Positions 19,479-28,540 of a stretch of 64,000 bases of DNA are shown piece by piece. Below the pieces are notes generated by a model that searched no databases, had not been told where the DNA came from, and worked only from the letters and a program-made list of their open reading frames with translations. Source of the stretch: Candidatus Pacearchaeota archaeon (lineage in GTDB: Archaea > Nanobdellota > Nanobdellia > Pacearchaeales > JAPDKA01); contig JAWAFA010000001.1 in the NCBI GenBank assembly GCA_038890875.1, positions 258,617 through 322,616 on the forward strand. Direction: 5' to 3'. How positions within the stretch are numbered: position 1 is the first letter of the stretch; every line of letters starts with the position of its first letter. The position numbers were made by a program, and so were the translations under genes.

Positions 19479-19829
19479 CCTCTAAAAGACACTATCCCTC
19501 GCGACTTTGATTTTTGCCTTTTGAATGTTGCACGTATTCGGGAGAGATTAACAGCGATTATGTTCAATAAAATCGGCTCTGTGAAAATGTGGTAAGATGT
19601 AGCATTTATAAATGAAAACATTGTAATGAACCATTCTGTCGTTATTTATTTCATCAACAAGAAGCAGAAAGATGGTTACTGATTTGGAAAAATAAATTAG
19701 ACGCAGAATTAGTTGAATATAAAAGAAAAGAGACGATAGAAAAGAAGTTGGTGTAAGAAATGATTCACCTCGCCGATTTTACTTTGCTATCGCAATCGGC
19801 TAACGCCGAGAATATAACACCAATTATGT

Positions 19830-20609
19830 CTAATTGCTCGGCGGCGCTTTCGCTATTTTCCATAGAACCTCAAATTGTTTTATATAAAGGTCAGCTACCT
19901 CTTCACTTTCAATTCTTATAACCAATGGTTTTAATGTAAAAATAAAATAAATAATTTTGTTTCCATAAATAGAATGAACAACTTTATTGTTGAAATATTC
20001 TTTAGGTAAAATTTTAACTTTTACATATGGGTGTTTTGTAATTGATTTTCCTTCTGCAAATAATTGTCTTGAAAAAATTTTGTATTTTTCTCTTAAATTC
20101 CAAAATCTTTTCCATATATATTCAGGAACTTGTTTAATAAATTCTTCTTTTGAAAATGAATTCATTACAAGAATTTCTTTATATTTTCGTTCAATTCCAT
20201 CTTTAATTATATCATTCAAAATATACCTTATTCCTTCTATTCCCTCATAAACTTCAACTTTTGATGTTGTTATTATTTCTTTTTCTTTTAAATCTGCTAT
20301 TTTTTCCTTCAATCTTTGTTTTTGTTTTTCCAGGTATTCTTCCTTTGCCTCTAAAATATTAATCAAATTATTGGGGTCAGTTATTCTAAACAGCTTTATC
20401 TTTCCCTTTATTATATAATTTATCAAGCCTTTTCCTAACAAAGAATTTAAAGAATCATAAACATGGGCTCTTGATATTGTTGTATATCTTGCAATATCAT
20501 AAGCTTTTGCTTCCTTTAATTTCAAGAGGATAAGATAAACTTCAGCCTCATTATTTGTCAATCCCAATTCAATTAAATCCGCTTTTTGTAGCATATTATT
20601 ATTAAACAC
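19830..20609 (-). CDS. TrmB-family transcriptional regulator.
   Basis: N-terminal HTH: LGLTNNEAEVYLILLKLKEAKAYDIARYTTISRAHVYDSLNSLLGKGLI. Full TrmB-like length (259 aa) with a C-terminal effector domain. Divergent from the rSAM gene. Confidence 0.7.
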   Translation of the reverse strand: MFNNNMLQKADLIELGLTNNEAEVYLILLKLKEAKAYDIARYTTISRAHVYDSLNSLLGKGLINYIIKGKIKLFRITDPNNLINILEAKEEYLEKQKQRLKEKIADLKEKEIITTSKVEVYEGIEGIRYILNDIIKDGIERKYKEILVMNSFSKEEFIKQVPEYIWKRFWNLREKYKIFSRQLFAEGKSITKHPYVKVKILPKEYFNNKVVHSIYGNKIIYFIFTLKPLVIRIESEEVADLYIKQFEVLWKIAKAPPSN

Positions 20610-20734
20610 ATTTTCCTTATAAATCTTTCTTTTTTCGTCCTTTAAATGGACAAATAAAATATTTAAATCTTTGAATAATAGTTATAACATGAAAAAAAAT
20701 AATTATAGCATGAAAAAACAGAGAAAAGAAAGAA

Positions 20735-22114
20735 ATGAGAATGGAATCAAAATTACAAAAATCACAGAACCAGTCAGAATCACAAATTTATCAAAAAAAC
20801 ATAAAGGCTTATCCGCAGGATGCACAGTCTGTATTTAATTATCACAAATTACCAACCATACCATTAAAAGACTCTTACTTAATTTATTCTCCTTTTGCTA
20901 GAGAATTTGCTTTAATAAAAAGACATTTACTAAATGAAAAAATACTTTTGAGAAAACTAAAAAAGAGGGGTTTTTTTAATTCAAACCCTTTTCCTCAAGA
21001 AAAAAATACGCTTAAGGTTGGTTTAATAACTACTACTGCTTGTAATCAAAAATGTGCCTACTGCGCTACTTGCGCTGAATTTATAGGAAATAAAAAGATT
21101 TATTCAAAAAAACTTTTTATGGATGAAGACGCCGTTATTTTAACTTTAGATAAATTGCTTAAAAAGTATAAAATAGAAGCGATTAATTTTATGGGCGGGG
21201 AACCTACTTTAAATATGCCTATTATAAAAAAAGTCATAGATTTAATAAATAATAAAAGTAAAAAGACACTATTCTCTATTCAAACAAATGGAGTAATTAA
21301 TAAAGAAGATTTGAATTATCTAATTAGTAAGGGAATCGTTTTCTCGATTTCATGGGATGGAATAGAAAATGATAAATTTAGAGCTTCATCTAAAATTATA
21401 AAGAAAAATATATTAAAACTTGTAAAAAAAGGGGCCTTATTCAAAATTCGTATGACTGTTGGAAAGTGGAATTCAAGCAATATCATAAAGTCTATTAGAT
21501 GGCTTTTAAAAAATGGTGTTAAGTTTATACAACTTGAACCGATGTTACCGGAAGGAAGGGGAAGCAAATTATCTGATCAAAGTTTAACCCCTCAAGAATT
21601 TAAAACAATTTTCTTTAATACCTTAAAAATTGTGGAGAAGAAAAAATGTTTTTTAATAAATTATGCCTTTGCAAATCTTTTTTCACCTAAGCTCTTTTTT
21701 TGTGATTCTGCAGCAGGCAAAAAAATTATATTGAATGCAGACGGAAGTATCTCTTCATGTTACAAAGTCCAAAGAAGAAAAGACCCTCTTTCAGAAAATT
21801 TTATAATTGGGGAATATAATTTTAAAAAAATCAAATTTAAAAAATCAAATTTTAATGTAAATTCTTATCCAACATGTAAGAAATGTGCTTTTTATTACCT
21901 GTGTTCTGGTGCCTGTCCATTTGAAAATATAAAATCTAATGAAGGAGTGGACAAATATTTATGCGACTTAAGAAGTTCTTTATTGATGAGCGGTATTCTT
22001 CATTTGTATAGTTGTAAATTAAAGAAAAATATGTGTAGTTTAGAAGGTCTTTATATTATGGGAAGAATTGCCATGAAAAGAAAATATGATCGTTTGCCAA
22101 ATTTTATGATTTAA
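20735..22114 (+). CDS. Radical SAM enzyme with a C-terminal SPASM/twitch Cys-rich domain and a ~90-aa N-terminal extension.
   Basis: CxxxCxxC radical-SAM motif (TTTACNQKCAYCATC). Auxiliary cluster cysteines follow (CDSAAGK...SSCYK...CKKCAFYYLCSGACPF). Confidence 0.8.
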   Translation: MRMESKLQKSQNQSESQIYQKNIKAYPQDAQSVFNYHKLPTIPLKDSYLIYSPFAREFALIKRHLLNEKILLRKLKKRGFFNSNPFPQEKNTLKVGLITTTACNQKCAYCATCAEFIGNKKIYSKKLFMDEDAVILTLDKLLKKYKIEAINFMGGEPTLNMPIIKKVIDLINNKSKKTLFSIQTNGVINKEDLNYLISKGIVFSISWDGIENDKFRASSKIIKKNILKLVKKGALFKIRMTVGKWNSSNIIKSIRWLLKNGVKFIQLEPMLPEGRGSKLSDQSLTPQEFKTIFFNTLKIVEKKKCFLINYAFANLFSPKLFFCDSAAGKKIILNADGSISSCYKVQRRKDPLSENFIIGEYNFKKIKFKKSNFNVNSYPTCKKCAFYYLCSGACPFENIKSNEGVDKYLCDLRSSLLMSGILHLYSCKLKKNMCSLEGLYIMGRIAMKRKYDRLPNFMI

Positions 22115-22224
22115 AATGAAAGAAGAAATACTAAATTCTTTAAAAGAAAGAGTTAAAATCCATACAAATCATAAAACTTACAAACATGTTTCTTTAAAAA
22201 TTATGGATTAAGAAACTTTGAGAT

Positions 22225-22470
22225 TTATGAAGGCGTTTTTAGATCAGATCATCTCGACCGACAATAGAAATATGCGAATATCTTGTAAATAATCTAAGGC
22301 TATGTTGCAGATATTGGATGTGGAACAGGTATTTATTCAATTTTATGGCAAAACATGGTGCATCTTCGGTTACAGCAATTGATATTGATCCCCGAGCTTG
22401 TAAAAATGTAAAAGAAAATGCTCATCGCAACAAGTTTCTATCGCAAAATGGCCCCCCATCCGAGTGCTGA
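22225..22470 (+). pseudogene. Frameshifted remnant of a PrmA/HemK-like class I SAM methyltransferase.
   Basis: Frame a reads ...VADIGCGTGIYSILWQNMVHL... then a stop. The +1 frame continues as ...KHGASSVTAIDIDPRACKNVKENAHRNKF, which are MTase motifs I and II/III. Locally GC-richer than the flanks, with no intact ORF. Confidence 0.5.
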
Positions 22471-22502
22471 TGGGTATCCTTGACTTCGTCAAGAAGAAAT
22501 TA

Positions 22503-24155
22503 TTATTTTTTGAAGATAGAATATTTCCTTTCTAAAATTTCTTTTGCTTTATCAATTTCTGCTCTAATCTGCTCATCAGTCAAACTATTAGGAGTAGTAT
22601 AAACTTTTCTGAATTCTCTAGGAACATTTTGCAAATTTTGACTTTTTTCTGGAATTCCTAAATATACTGATACATCAGCAGGAGAATATCTTCTAATTTT
22701 ACTGTATGCTTTTTCTAAAGTTTTTCCTGTTCTAACATCATCTTCAATAAGTAGTGTGTGCTTACCCCTAATCACACTTATATCATCTAATTCTTTATAT
22801 GGTCTGTTTTCGGTTCTGCAATATTCGTCTATATAGATATTTCTTATTGGTAAACCCAATAGTTCAAACATACTTGCATATACAAAACCTTCTGGTCCAA
22901 TCGCTACTCCAATATCTACCATACCTTCATCCATGACTTTTCTAACTGAAGAAAAAGAAACAAGTAAATCATGTGGAAAATGTTGTATCTGTAAATTACG
23001 CCTGGCAAAATAATCTAGTGCTTCTTTTTTTAATAGCTCATCTACAACTCTACCGAGAATTTCATATTTTTGAGCTTCTTGGTCTCTACTTCTTAATATA
23101 TTTCTCGTTCCTTCTGGATTTATTAGCAAGGTTTGCCTAAAATTTATTAACTCTTGTTCGATTGTGTGATAAAAATGTTGTACCAATTCATCCATTGGAG
23201 CATAAGAATTATCCAATAATTCAATAAATCTGGTTCTCTGAACAAGTCTTTCTGAGATTTCATCTAAAAGAGCTTCATCTTGAAATGGGATAAAAACAGG
23301 TCTAAGAGCATCTTTAACCCTACCTTCCAGTTTGTCACGCGCTTTCATACAACTTAGCTTGCTCTCTAAAAAATATTTAGCTATTCGTCTAGCAGCAGCA
23401 CTTCCCTTTAACTCATCTTCTTCTAAAAAAGGATTTGAGGTATATAAAGCCACATCACTAGGTATTAATCCTTTTTTATATGGAAGTGTGCTTCTAATTG
23501 TGCTTAATCCAGAAGTTCTGCCTTTCCAAAAAGTATCAAAATTTACAGTATCATTGCCAATGAAAAATTCTTCAGATTTCTCAGATTTCATTCCAGGCCA
23601 TCTGAATAAACCAATATACGCCCCATTAACTTTAACATCCTTTTCTCTTAAGTATCTTGTAACTTCTCTTAATGCTTTACCTGTAACGAAGTCAATATCT
23701 GTAAGCAATACTGATTTCTTGTCACGTAATTGTTTTACTTTTTCATCGTCTATTTGTGGTTCTTTCATATCTCTTTTACGGTGCGAATAATCAATCTCAA
23801 ATATTGGAAAACCTACCATTTCAAAAATTTGTGCATACGGGATTCCTGCATTTTTTATGCCAACAACGGCATCATAATTTTGTCTTAATTGTAAAGCCGC
23901 ATCTACATGAGAAATTAATGGAGAGTCTAAATATCTTTTCCATTGTTCTCTTGCTTTCCATTGCGATAATAGAAATGCTTCTGTGTGTAAAATTCGATCA
24001 TGCGGACTAAGTTCTTCTTTTAATAGAACTTTAGCTAAACTAGCTAAATCTCCTTCAATCCTAGCTGCTTCTTCAGTTATTTCTGGGTTTCTAATTGGTG
24101 AATGAGGTTGAACTATCCGTAGCTCCAATCTTAAACCACAACCGCACATTGTCAT
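22503..24155 (-). CDS. Hypothetical protein with two phosphoribosyltransferase (PRT type I)-like domains in tandem.
   Basis: Two PRPP-binding-loop-like motifs: VLLTDIDFVTGKAL (~residue 150) and TLLIEDDVRTGKTL (~residue 470). 550 aa. Higher GC than the surrounding genes. Confidence 0.45.
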   Translation of the reverse strand: MTMCGCGLRLELRIVQPHSPIRNPEITEEAARIEGDLASLAKVLLKEELSPHDRILHTEAFLLSQWKAREQWKRYLDSPLISHVDAALQLRQNYDAVVGIKNAGIPYAQIFEMVGFPIFEIDYSHRKRDMKEPQIDDEKVKQLRDKKSVLLTDIDFVTGKALREVTRYLREKDVKVNGAYIGLFRWPGMKSEKSEEFFIGNDTVNFDTFWKGRTSGLSTIRSTLPYKKGLIPSDVALYTSNPFLEEDELKGSAAARRIAKYFLESKLSCMKARDKLEGRVKDALRPVFIPFQDEALLDEISERLVQRTRFIELLDNSYAPMDELVQHFYHTIEQELINFRQTLLINPEGTRNILRSRDQEAQKYEILGRVVDELLKKEALDYFARRNLQIQHFPHDLLVSFSSVRKVMDEGMVDIGVAIGPEGFVYASMFELLGLPIRNIYIDEYCRTENRPYKELDDISVIRGKHTLLIEDDVRTGKTLEKAYSKIRRYSPADVSVYLGIPEKSQNLQNVPREFRKVYTTPNSLTDEQIRAEIDKAKEILERKYSIFKK

Positions 24156-24345
24156 ACATATTGATTAACTTGCAAGTTTATAAAGCTTTCTATTAATTAG
24201 TAATTTATAAATAGTAACATGGCAAGCTCCAGGAAAGGCTCTCCAACAAAAACTCCTCCAAGTTAATTCTGTATAAATGAGACAAAAAAGATTTTAATGT
24301 TTAATACATCAACAATAAGTTAACAAAACCCTTAAGATAAACGAC

Positions 24346-25053
24346 CTATAAGCTTAATTTTTCGTACTTATTAACAATTGCATACAATATTCCCTTATTT
24401 GTTTTTTCAAAGTCACGAAGAAATTTTTTAGTGATCTCTTTATTGCCGCCTTCTTTTTTAGGAATCTCAGAAATTTCAGGAATCTTTATTTTATTTAGTA
24501 GACAATAAATTTTATTTTCTTCTTCCTTGCAAAAATAAAGAGGCCTTATTATCTTAATTTTTTTCTTCTCTATAGGGTGGATTATCTCTTTTTCTCCATT
24601 AAAGAAATAATTTAATATACTTACAGCAGCATCATTAAGGCATTCCCCCCTAGCAATTATAGTTTTTAATTTTAATGCAAATTTTTTAATTATTTTCTCT
24701 TCAAAAATTGATTTAGGACTTTGGCTTACAGCAAAATCAATCTTCTTCTTTACACAATAATCTCGAATATATTTGTAATCTTTTCTTTGAGAATATTGAA
24801 TAAATAATGCTATAATATTTATCTTTCTTTGTTGGCAGTATCTATGAAAAAAGTGAAGCAAAGCAAAGTCATTTTTATTACCTTCTCTGACAACAATAAG
24901 GACCTTATCTTTCTTAGGTTTTGTTTTTATCATTTCATAAGCTCTTATCGTTCGTAAGATTTTTTTCTCATAAAACCTAATAAAGTGTCTAGCACATAGT
25001 TTTTTCCCGCTTATATCAGTATAAACTGGCTTTGCATCACATTGCTTGCACAT
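24346..25053 (-). CDS. TtuA/TtcA/NcsA-like PP-loop-superfamily protein with an N-terminal zinc finger and a degenerate PP-loop.
   Basis: N-terminus C-KQ-C...C-AR-H (TtuA-type CxxC...CxxH). C-terminal conserved IIRPLYFCKEEE (the RPL motif). The expected SGGKDS is replaced by VVREGNKND. Confidence 0.35.
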   Translation of the reverse strand: MCKQCDAKPVYTDISGKKLCARHFIRFYEKKILRTIRAYEMIKTKPKKDKVLIVVREGNKNDFALLHFFHRYCQQRKINIIALFIQYSQRKDYKYIRDYCVKKKIDFAVSQSPKSIFEEKIIKKFALKLKTIIARGECLNDAAVSILNYFFNGEKEIIHPIEKKKIKIIRPLYFCKEEENKIYCLLNKIKIPEISEIPKKEGGNKEITKKFLRDFEKTNKGILYAIVNKYEKLSL

Positions 25054-25094
25054 GTAAAAATTTTAAATAAAAGATATTTAAAATTATTGGAAAA

Positions 25095-25697
25095 TTGGAA
25101 AAGATGAAAAAAGTGAAGGAAAAAGAGAAAAAAAGTGAAGTGATAAAAAGCGAAGTTCAGATACCATTTACTTTTGCTATTTTAGTTATTTTTATTTTTG
25201 TATCTTTCTTTTGGCTTGATAAAATAAAAATTCCGAGAAGTTCTACTCTTGATAGCTTGCTCGCTCCATTTTTTGGGGCTTACAGCTATATCAGCCTGGT
25301 CTTTTTAATTTTCCTCGCTGGGGTTTTCTTTAACAGGATTTATAAATCAAACCTAAAGAAAGAGGCAAGTGCTTTGATTATAGCAATTTTGCTTGGCTTC
25401 TTGTTAAAAGCCATTGTTGGAAGAGCAAGACCTACTGAAGGCTTTTATCTTAGCAGTTCTTTTCCGAGCAATCATACTATAGCTATTTTTTCACTACTTA
25501 CATTTTTCCAAGGACTTGCTTTGATTGTTTGGCTTTTGCTAAGCTTGCTAGTTGCTTTTTCAAGAGTTTATTGGGGCTATCATTATTTTAGTGATATTGC
25601 CTTTGGCGCTTTTCTTGGCTATCTCGTCGGGTTTTTGATGAATAAAATATTAAAATCGAAGAAGGAAGGGGAAGCTAGAGCAAAGTCAAGCCAATGA
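25095..25697 (+). CDS. PAP2-family (type 2 phosphatidic acid phosphatase) integral membrane phosphatase.
   Basis: Three PAP2 motifs are present: KAIVGRARP, PSNHT and SRVYWGYHYFSD. Multiple TM helices. Confidence 0.8.
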   Translation: MEKMKKVKEKEKKSEVIKSEVQIPFTFAILVIFIFVSFFWLDKIKIPRSSTLDSLLAPFFGAYSYISLVFLIFLAGVFFNRIYKSNLKKEASALIIAILLGFLLKAIVGRARPTEGFYLSSSFPSNHTIAIFSLLTFFQGLALIVWLLLSLLVAFSRVYWGYHYFSDIAFGAFLGYLVGFLMNKILKSKKEGEARAKSSQ

Positions 25698-25781
25698 GTG
25701 AAGCAAATGAGTGAGAACATAATTTTGATTAGTAGAATAGTAAGTAGTTAGAAAATGCGCTAAAGAAGCAATAACTTTTGC

Positions 25782-26507
25782 TTATAGTAATTTCCAGATT
25801 AATTCAAATATTTTTTTTTGAGTTTGCGCAATATCTTTATTTTTTATTATAACTCCAATTAATTTTTCTTTGTTCATTGTTAGAAACGCTACGTTTTCAT
25901 TATAAATATAAGTCATTGTGTTTATTTTTATTTCTTTTGGAAGAAATTTGGTTTTAGTATAGGTTTTATTTCTTAATTTAAGTTCTTTATTAATTTTGTC
26001 CGTTTTTTCTTGTATTATTCTACAAAATATTTTTTCTTTTATTCTCTTTTCACTCCAGTGAGGAAAATAAAATTCCAAGGTTTTAAATATTTCATCACAT
26101 TCTATTACTAGAATTTCTTCGGGCTTTATTTTTAATATATTTTCTAATATTGTTTTTATTCCTTCAACTCCTTCATAAATTTCTATTTCTGGTTTTTCTT
26201 CTACTGTCTTTTTTATTTGCTCTAATTTTGGAATTATAGATTTAATAGTATTTAATTTTTCTTCTTCTATTTTTAAAACTCTTTTTGGATCAACTGCCTC
26301 AAAATATCTAGTTCCTGATTTGATAGTATAAAAAACAAGTCCTTTTTTTAATAAAGAATTCAAAATACTATAAATTGTTGTCCTAGGAAGATTTAATCTT
26401 TTTGATATTTCATTAACTTTAGAATTACCTAATTTTAATAATTCTATATAGATCTCTGCTTCTTTATCATTTAGTCCTATTTTTTTTAAAGCATATTTTT
26501 CTTCCAT
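25782..26507 (-). CDS. TrmB-family transcriptional regulator, paralogous to the one at 19830-20609.
   Basis: HTH IGLNDKEAEIYIELLKLGNSKVNEISKRLNLPRTTIYSILNSLLKKGLV. Divergently oriented to the three-gene unknown cluster. Confidence 0.65.
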   Translation of the reverse strand: MEEKYALKKIGLNDKEAEIYIELLKLGNSKVNEISKRLNLPRTTIYSILNSLLKKGLVFYTIKSGTRYFEAVDPKRVLKIEEEKLNTIKSIIPKLEQIKKTVEEKPEIEIYEGVEGIKTILENILKIKPEEILVIECDEIFKTLEFYFPHWSEKRIKEKIFCRIIQEKTDKINKELKLRNKTYTKTKFLPKEIKINTMTYIYNENVAFLTMNKEKLIGVIIKNKDIAQTQKKIFELIWKLL

Positions 26508-26756
26508 TTTATTATAATTTTTTCTTTTTTATAAATCTTTTTTATAGTCCATTTTTGACAACAAAAATATAAATAATACAACTACTAAGGAGAGAGTATA
26601 AGAGATTAAAGAAAATGACAAAGGAAAAATATGAAAAAGAAAAAAGATATGTAGAAAGTTATGAAGATTTAGCAAAATATCCTTCATTGTCAGAAGGAAA
26701 GAATGAATTAGAAATCATGTTCAACAAAATAAATCGAACACGACGCGATGAAGTAA

Positions 26757-27650
26757 ATGGAGGGGGTGGAGAAAATGGAATTTGAAAAAATAATTTTGCA
26801 AAAACCAAAAAGAGAAAATTTACCTGAAATGCCAGAGTTAGTTAAACAATATTGTGATTTAAAAAGTTATAAGCCTGCTGGAAAGGTTTTTAGCATAGAA
26901 ATTAAACATAAGAGTAGGGATTCAAAAACAGACGGCATGGCTTATTTCAATGAGCTAGTAGTGAATAAAGAAAATAAAGTAGTCTATAGTAGTGGAATGA
27001 TGAAATATAGAGGAGCTTATAACTGGGAAATTGATAATCACGACACCCAGTTGTTTGATCCTTCAATTTTAGAAGAAAAAAGTAATGAAGTAGTATTTGG
27101 ATTAAGAACTGGTGCAGGAAACATAAAAATATACAGATTAAAGGGAAATGAACTAAAAGAACTTTACACCTTTGACATCGATGGTTATAGGAAAAAGAAG
27201 AAAAGAAATGAATTAATTAAAAAGATTCTTGAAGATCCAGATGAATGGGTGAAGTACATTGAAAATGAGCAAGGGCATCATTGGTATATTGATTCTTCGA
27301 GAATGCGTGATTTGAAAAATGAAAAAGAAAAGGGAAATGAATGGAGGGACGATTACCAAATTCTTGATGACGGAAATTTGATTATAGCACTAGCGAAACA
27401 TTACGATAGAGACTATGATCCTATCGTAGATTGTTATTATGTGTACTTTTGGAAAAAAAGGGTTGGTATGGCAAAATCAAAAACTTACTATACAGGACTT
27501 TGCCACCCTTGGGGAAAATTTTATATAATTGAGGTTAGATTTTTAGAACCAGCATCTTATGATAAAGATAAACAGATAGTTATAGCAAAAATAGGAAATA
27601 AGGGGCAAAACAAAGTAATAGAACACAAATTTAAGTTAGAAGAAAAATAA
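26757..27650 (+). CDS. Hypothetical cytoplasmic protein (cluster gene 1). The true start is probably the ATG at 26775, after a GGAGGGGGTGG SD.
   Basis: 297 aa with no signal peptide or TM and no recognisable motif. Shares a conserved upstream leader with the next gene. Confidence 0.45.
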   Translation: MEGVEKMEFEKIILQKPKRENLPEMPELVKQYCDLKSYKPAGKVFSIEIKHKSRDSKTDGMAYFNELVVNKENKVVYSSGMMKYRGAYNWEIDNHDTQLFDPSILEEKSNEVVFGLRTGAGNIKIYRLKGNELKELYTFDIDGYRKKKKRNELIKKILEDPDEWVKYIENEQGHHWYIDSSRMRDLKNEKEKGNEWRDDYQILDDGNLIIALAKHYDRDYDPIVDCYYVYFWKKRVGMAKSKTYYTGLCHPWGKFYIIEVRFLEPASYDKDKQIVIAKIGNKGQNKVIEHKFKLEEK

Positions 27651-27736
27651 GGAGTTAGAAAATTGAAAGAAGTATAATAACAAAAACAAAAGCCAATCGA
27701 GCACGACGCGATGAAGTAAATGGAGAGGTGAAGAAA

Positions 27737-28519
27737 ATGAAAAATTTCGAAAAGTATGTGGAAGAAGCGAAAGAAGGGAAGAAAATGATAATATATGTGT
27801 CTGACTCGTGTTATTCTGATATCCGTATTCCTCTTGAATATTATAAGTCTAAACTAGAAAGAATGATTTCACTTGATCAGTATACTGAAGATATTGCTAG
27901 TTTTCTATTGCTAATAGATAATGAAAGGACTTTGAGAGGTATTGTACAAGACTATTTATGCGAGTTTGGAAAAGATGAGTTTGGCTTAGTAGAAGCACTA
28001 AAGAAGTTAGTTCCAGAAAAAGATGAAAAATCATCTAAAGTTCTTTTGTATCATGGTCTTTGCAGTGAGTTTAGAAAAGGATTAAAAAAAGAAGAACTAA
28101 AAAAACTTGGAATAGAATATGCCGTAGATTTTCATCATTATCCAGACAATCCATTTGCATACGAATTAGAAGAAACTATAAAAAGTTTGGATTCGAAAAA
28201 ATATGATAACTTAATGAAAGTGATAAATGACACAAAGAAAAGAGAAGAAGAAATTTTGAAACAAGTAAATGAAAAGATTCCTATAAAGTATACAAGTGAT
28301 TTTATTAAAGTAGGAGAGTTTCTAAAAGAGTTAGATTTATCAAAGCAACATTTTTGTTTAAATTATATCATAGGAAAAATCACTGATACAGATTATATGA
28401 GAGGATTCATTTATCTTGGTGCTGGAGAATTAGATGCAGCTAAAAAAATGGCAGACATGACAAACTCTGCCTTTAATAAAGAATGGTTATTAAAAGAAAT
28501 CGAAAAACGAAAAAAGTGA
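27737..28519 (+). CDS. Hypothetical cytoplasmic protein (cluster gene 2).
   Basis: The ORF track uses the GTG at 27728. The ATG at 27737 lies 8 nt after a GGAGAGGTGA SD. No recognisable domain. Confidence 0.45.
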   Translation: MKNFEKYVEEAKEGKKMIIYVSDSCYSDIRIPLEYYKSKLERMISLDQYTEDIASFLLLIDNERTLRGIVQDYLCEFGKDEFGLVEALKKLVPEKDEKSSKVLLYHGLCSEFRKGLKKEELKKLGIEYAVDFHHYPDNPFAYELEETIKSLDSKKYDNLMKVINDTKKREEEILKQVNEKIPIKYTSDFIKVGEFLKELDLSKQHFCLNYIIGKITDTDYMRGFIYLGAGELDAAKKMADMTNSAFNKEWLLKEIEKRKK

Positions 28520-28540
28520 ACGAATGGGTGGTTGAAGAAA

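Noticed and set aside
26615-26785. A 56-aa ORF (MTKEKYEKEKRYVESYEDLAKYPSLSEGKNELEIMFNKINRTRRDEVNGGGGENGI) running through the conserved leader of cluster gene 1.
   Set aside because: Its C-terminal codons are dictated by the conserved leader/SD motif that is shared with gene 2, where the same frame is closed. It is more likely a regulatory leader than a protein. It is kept only as a note under the cluster finding.
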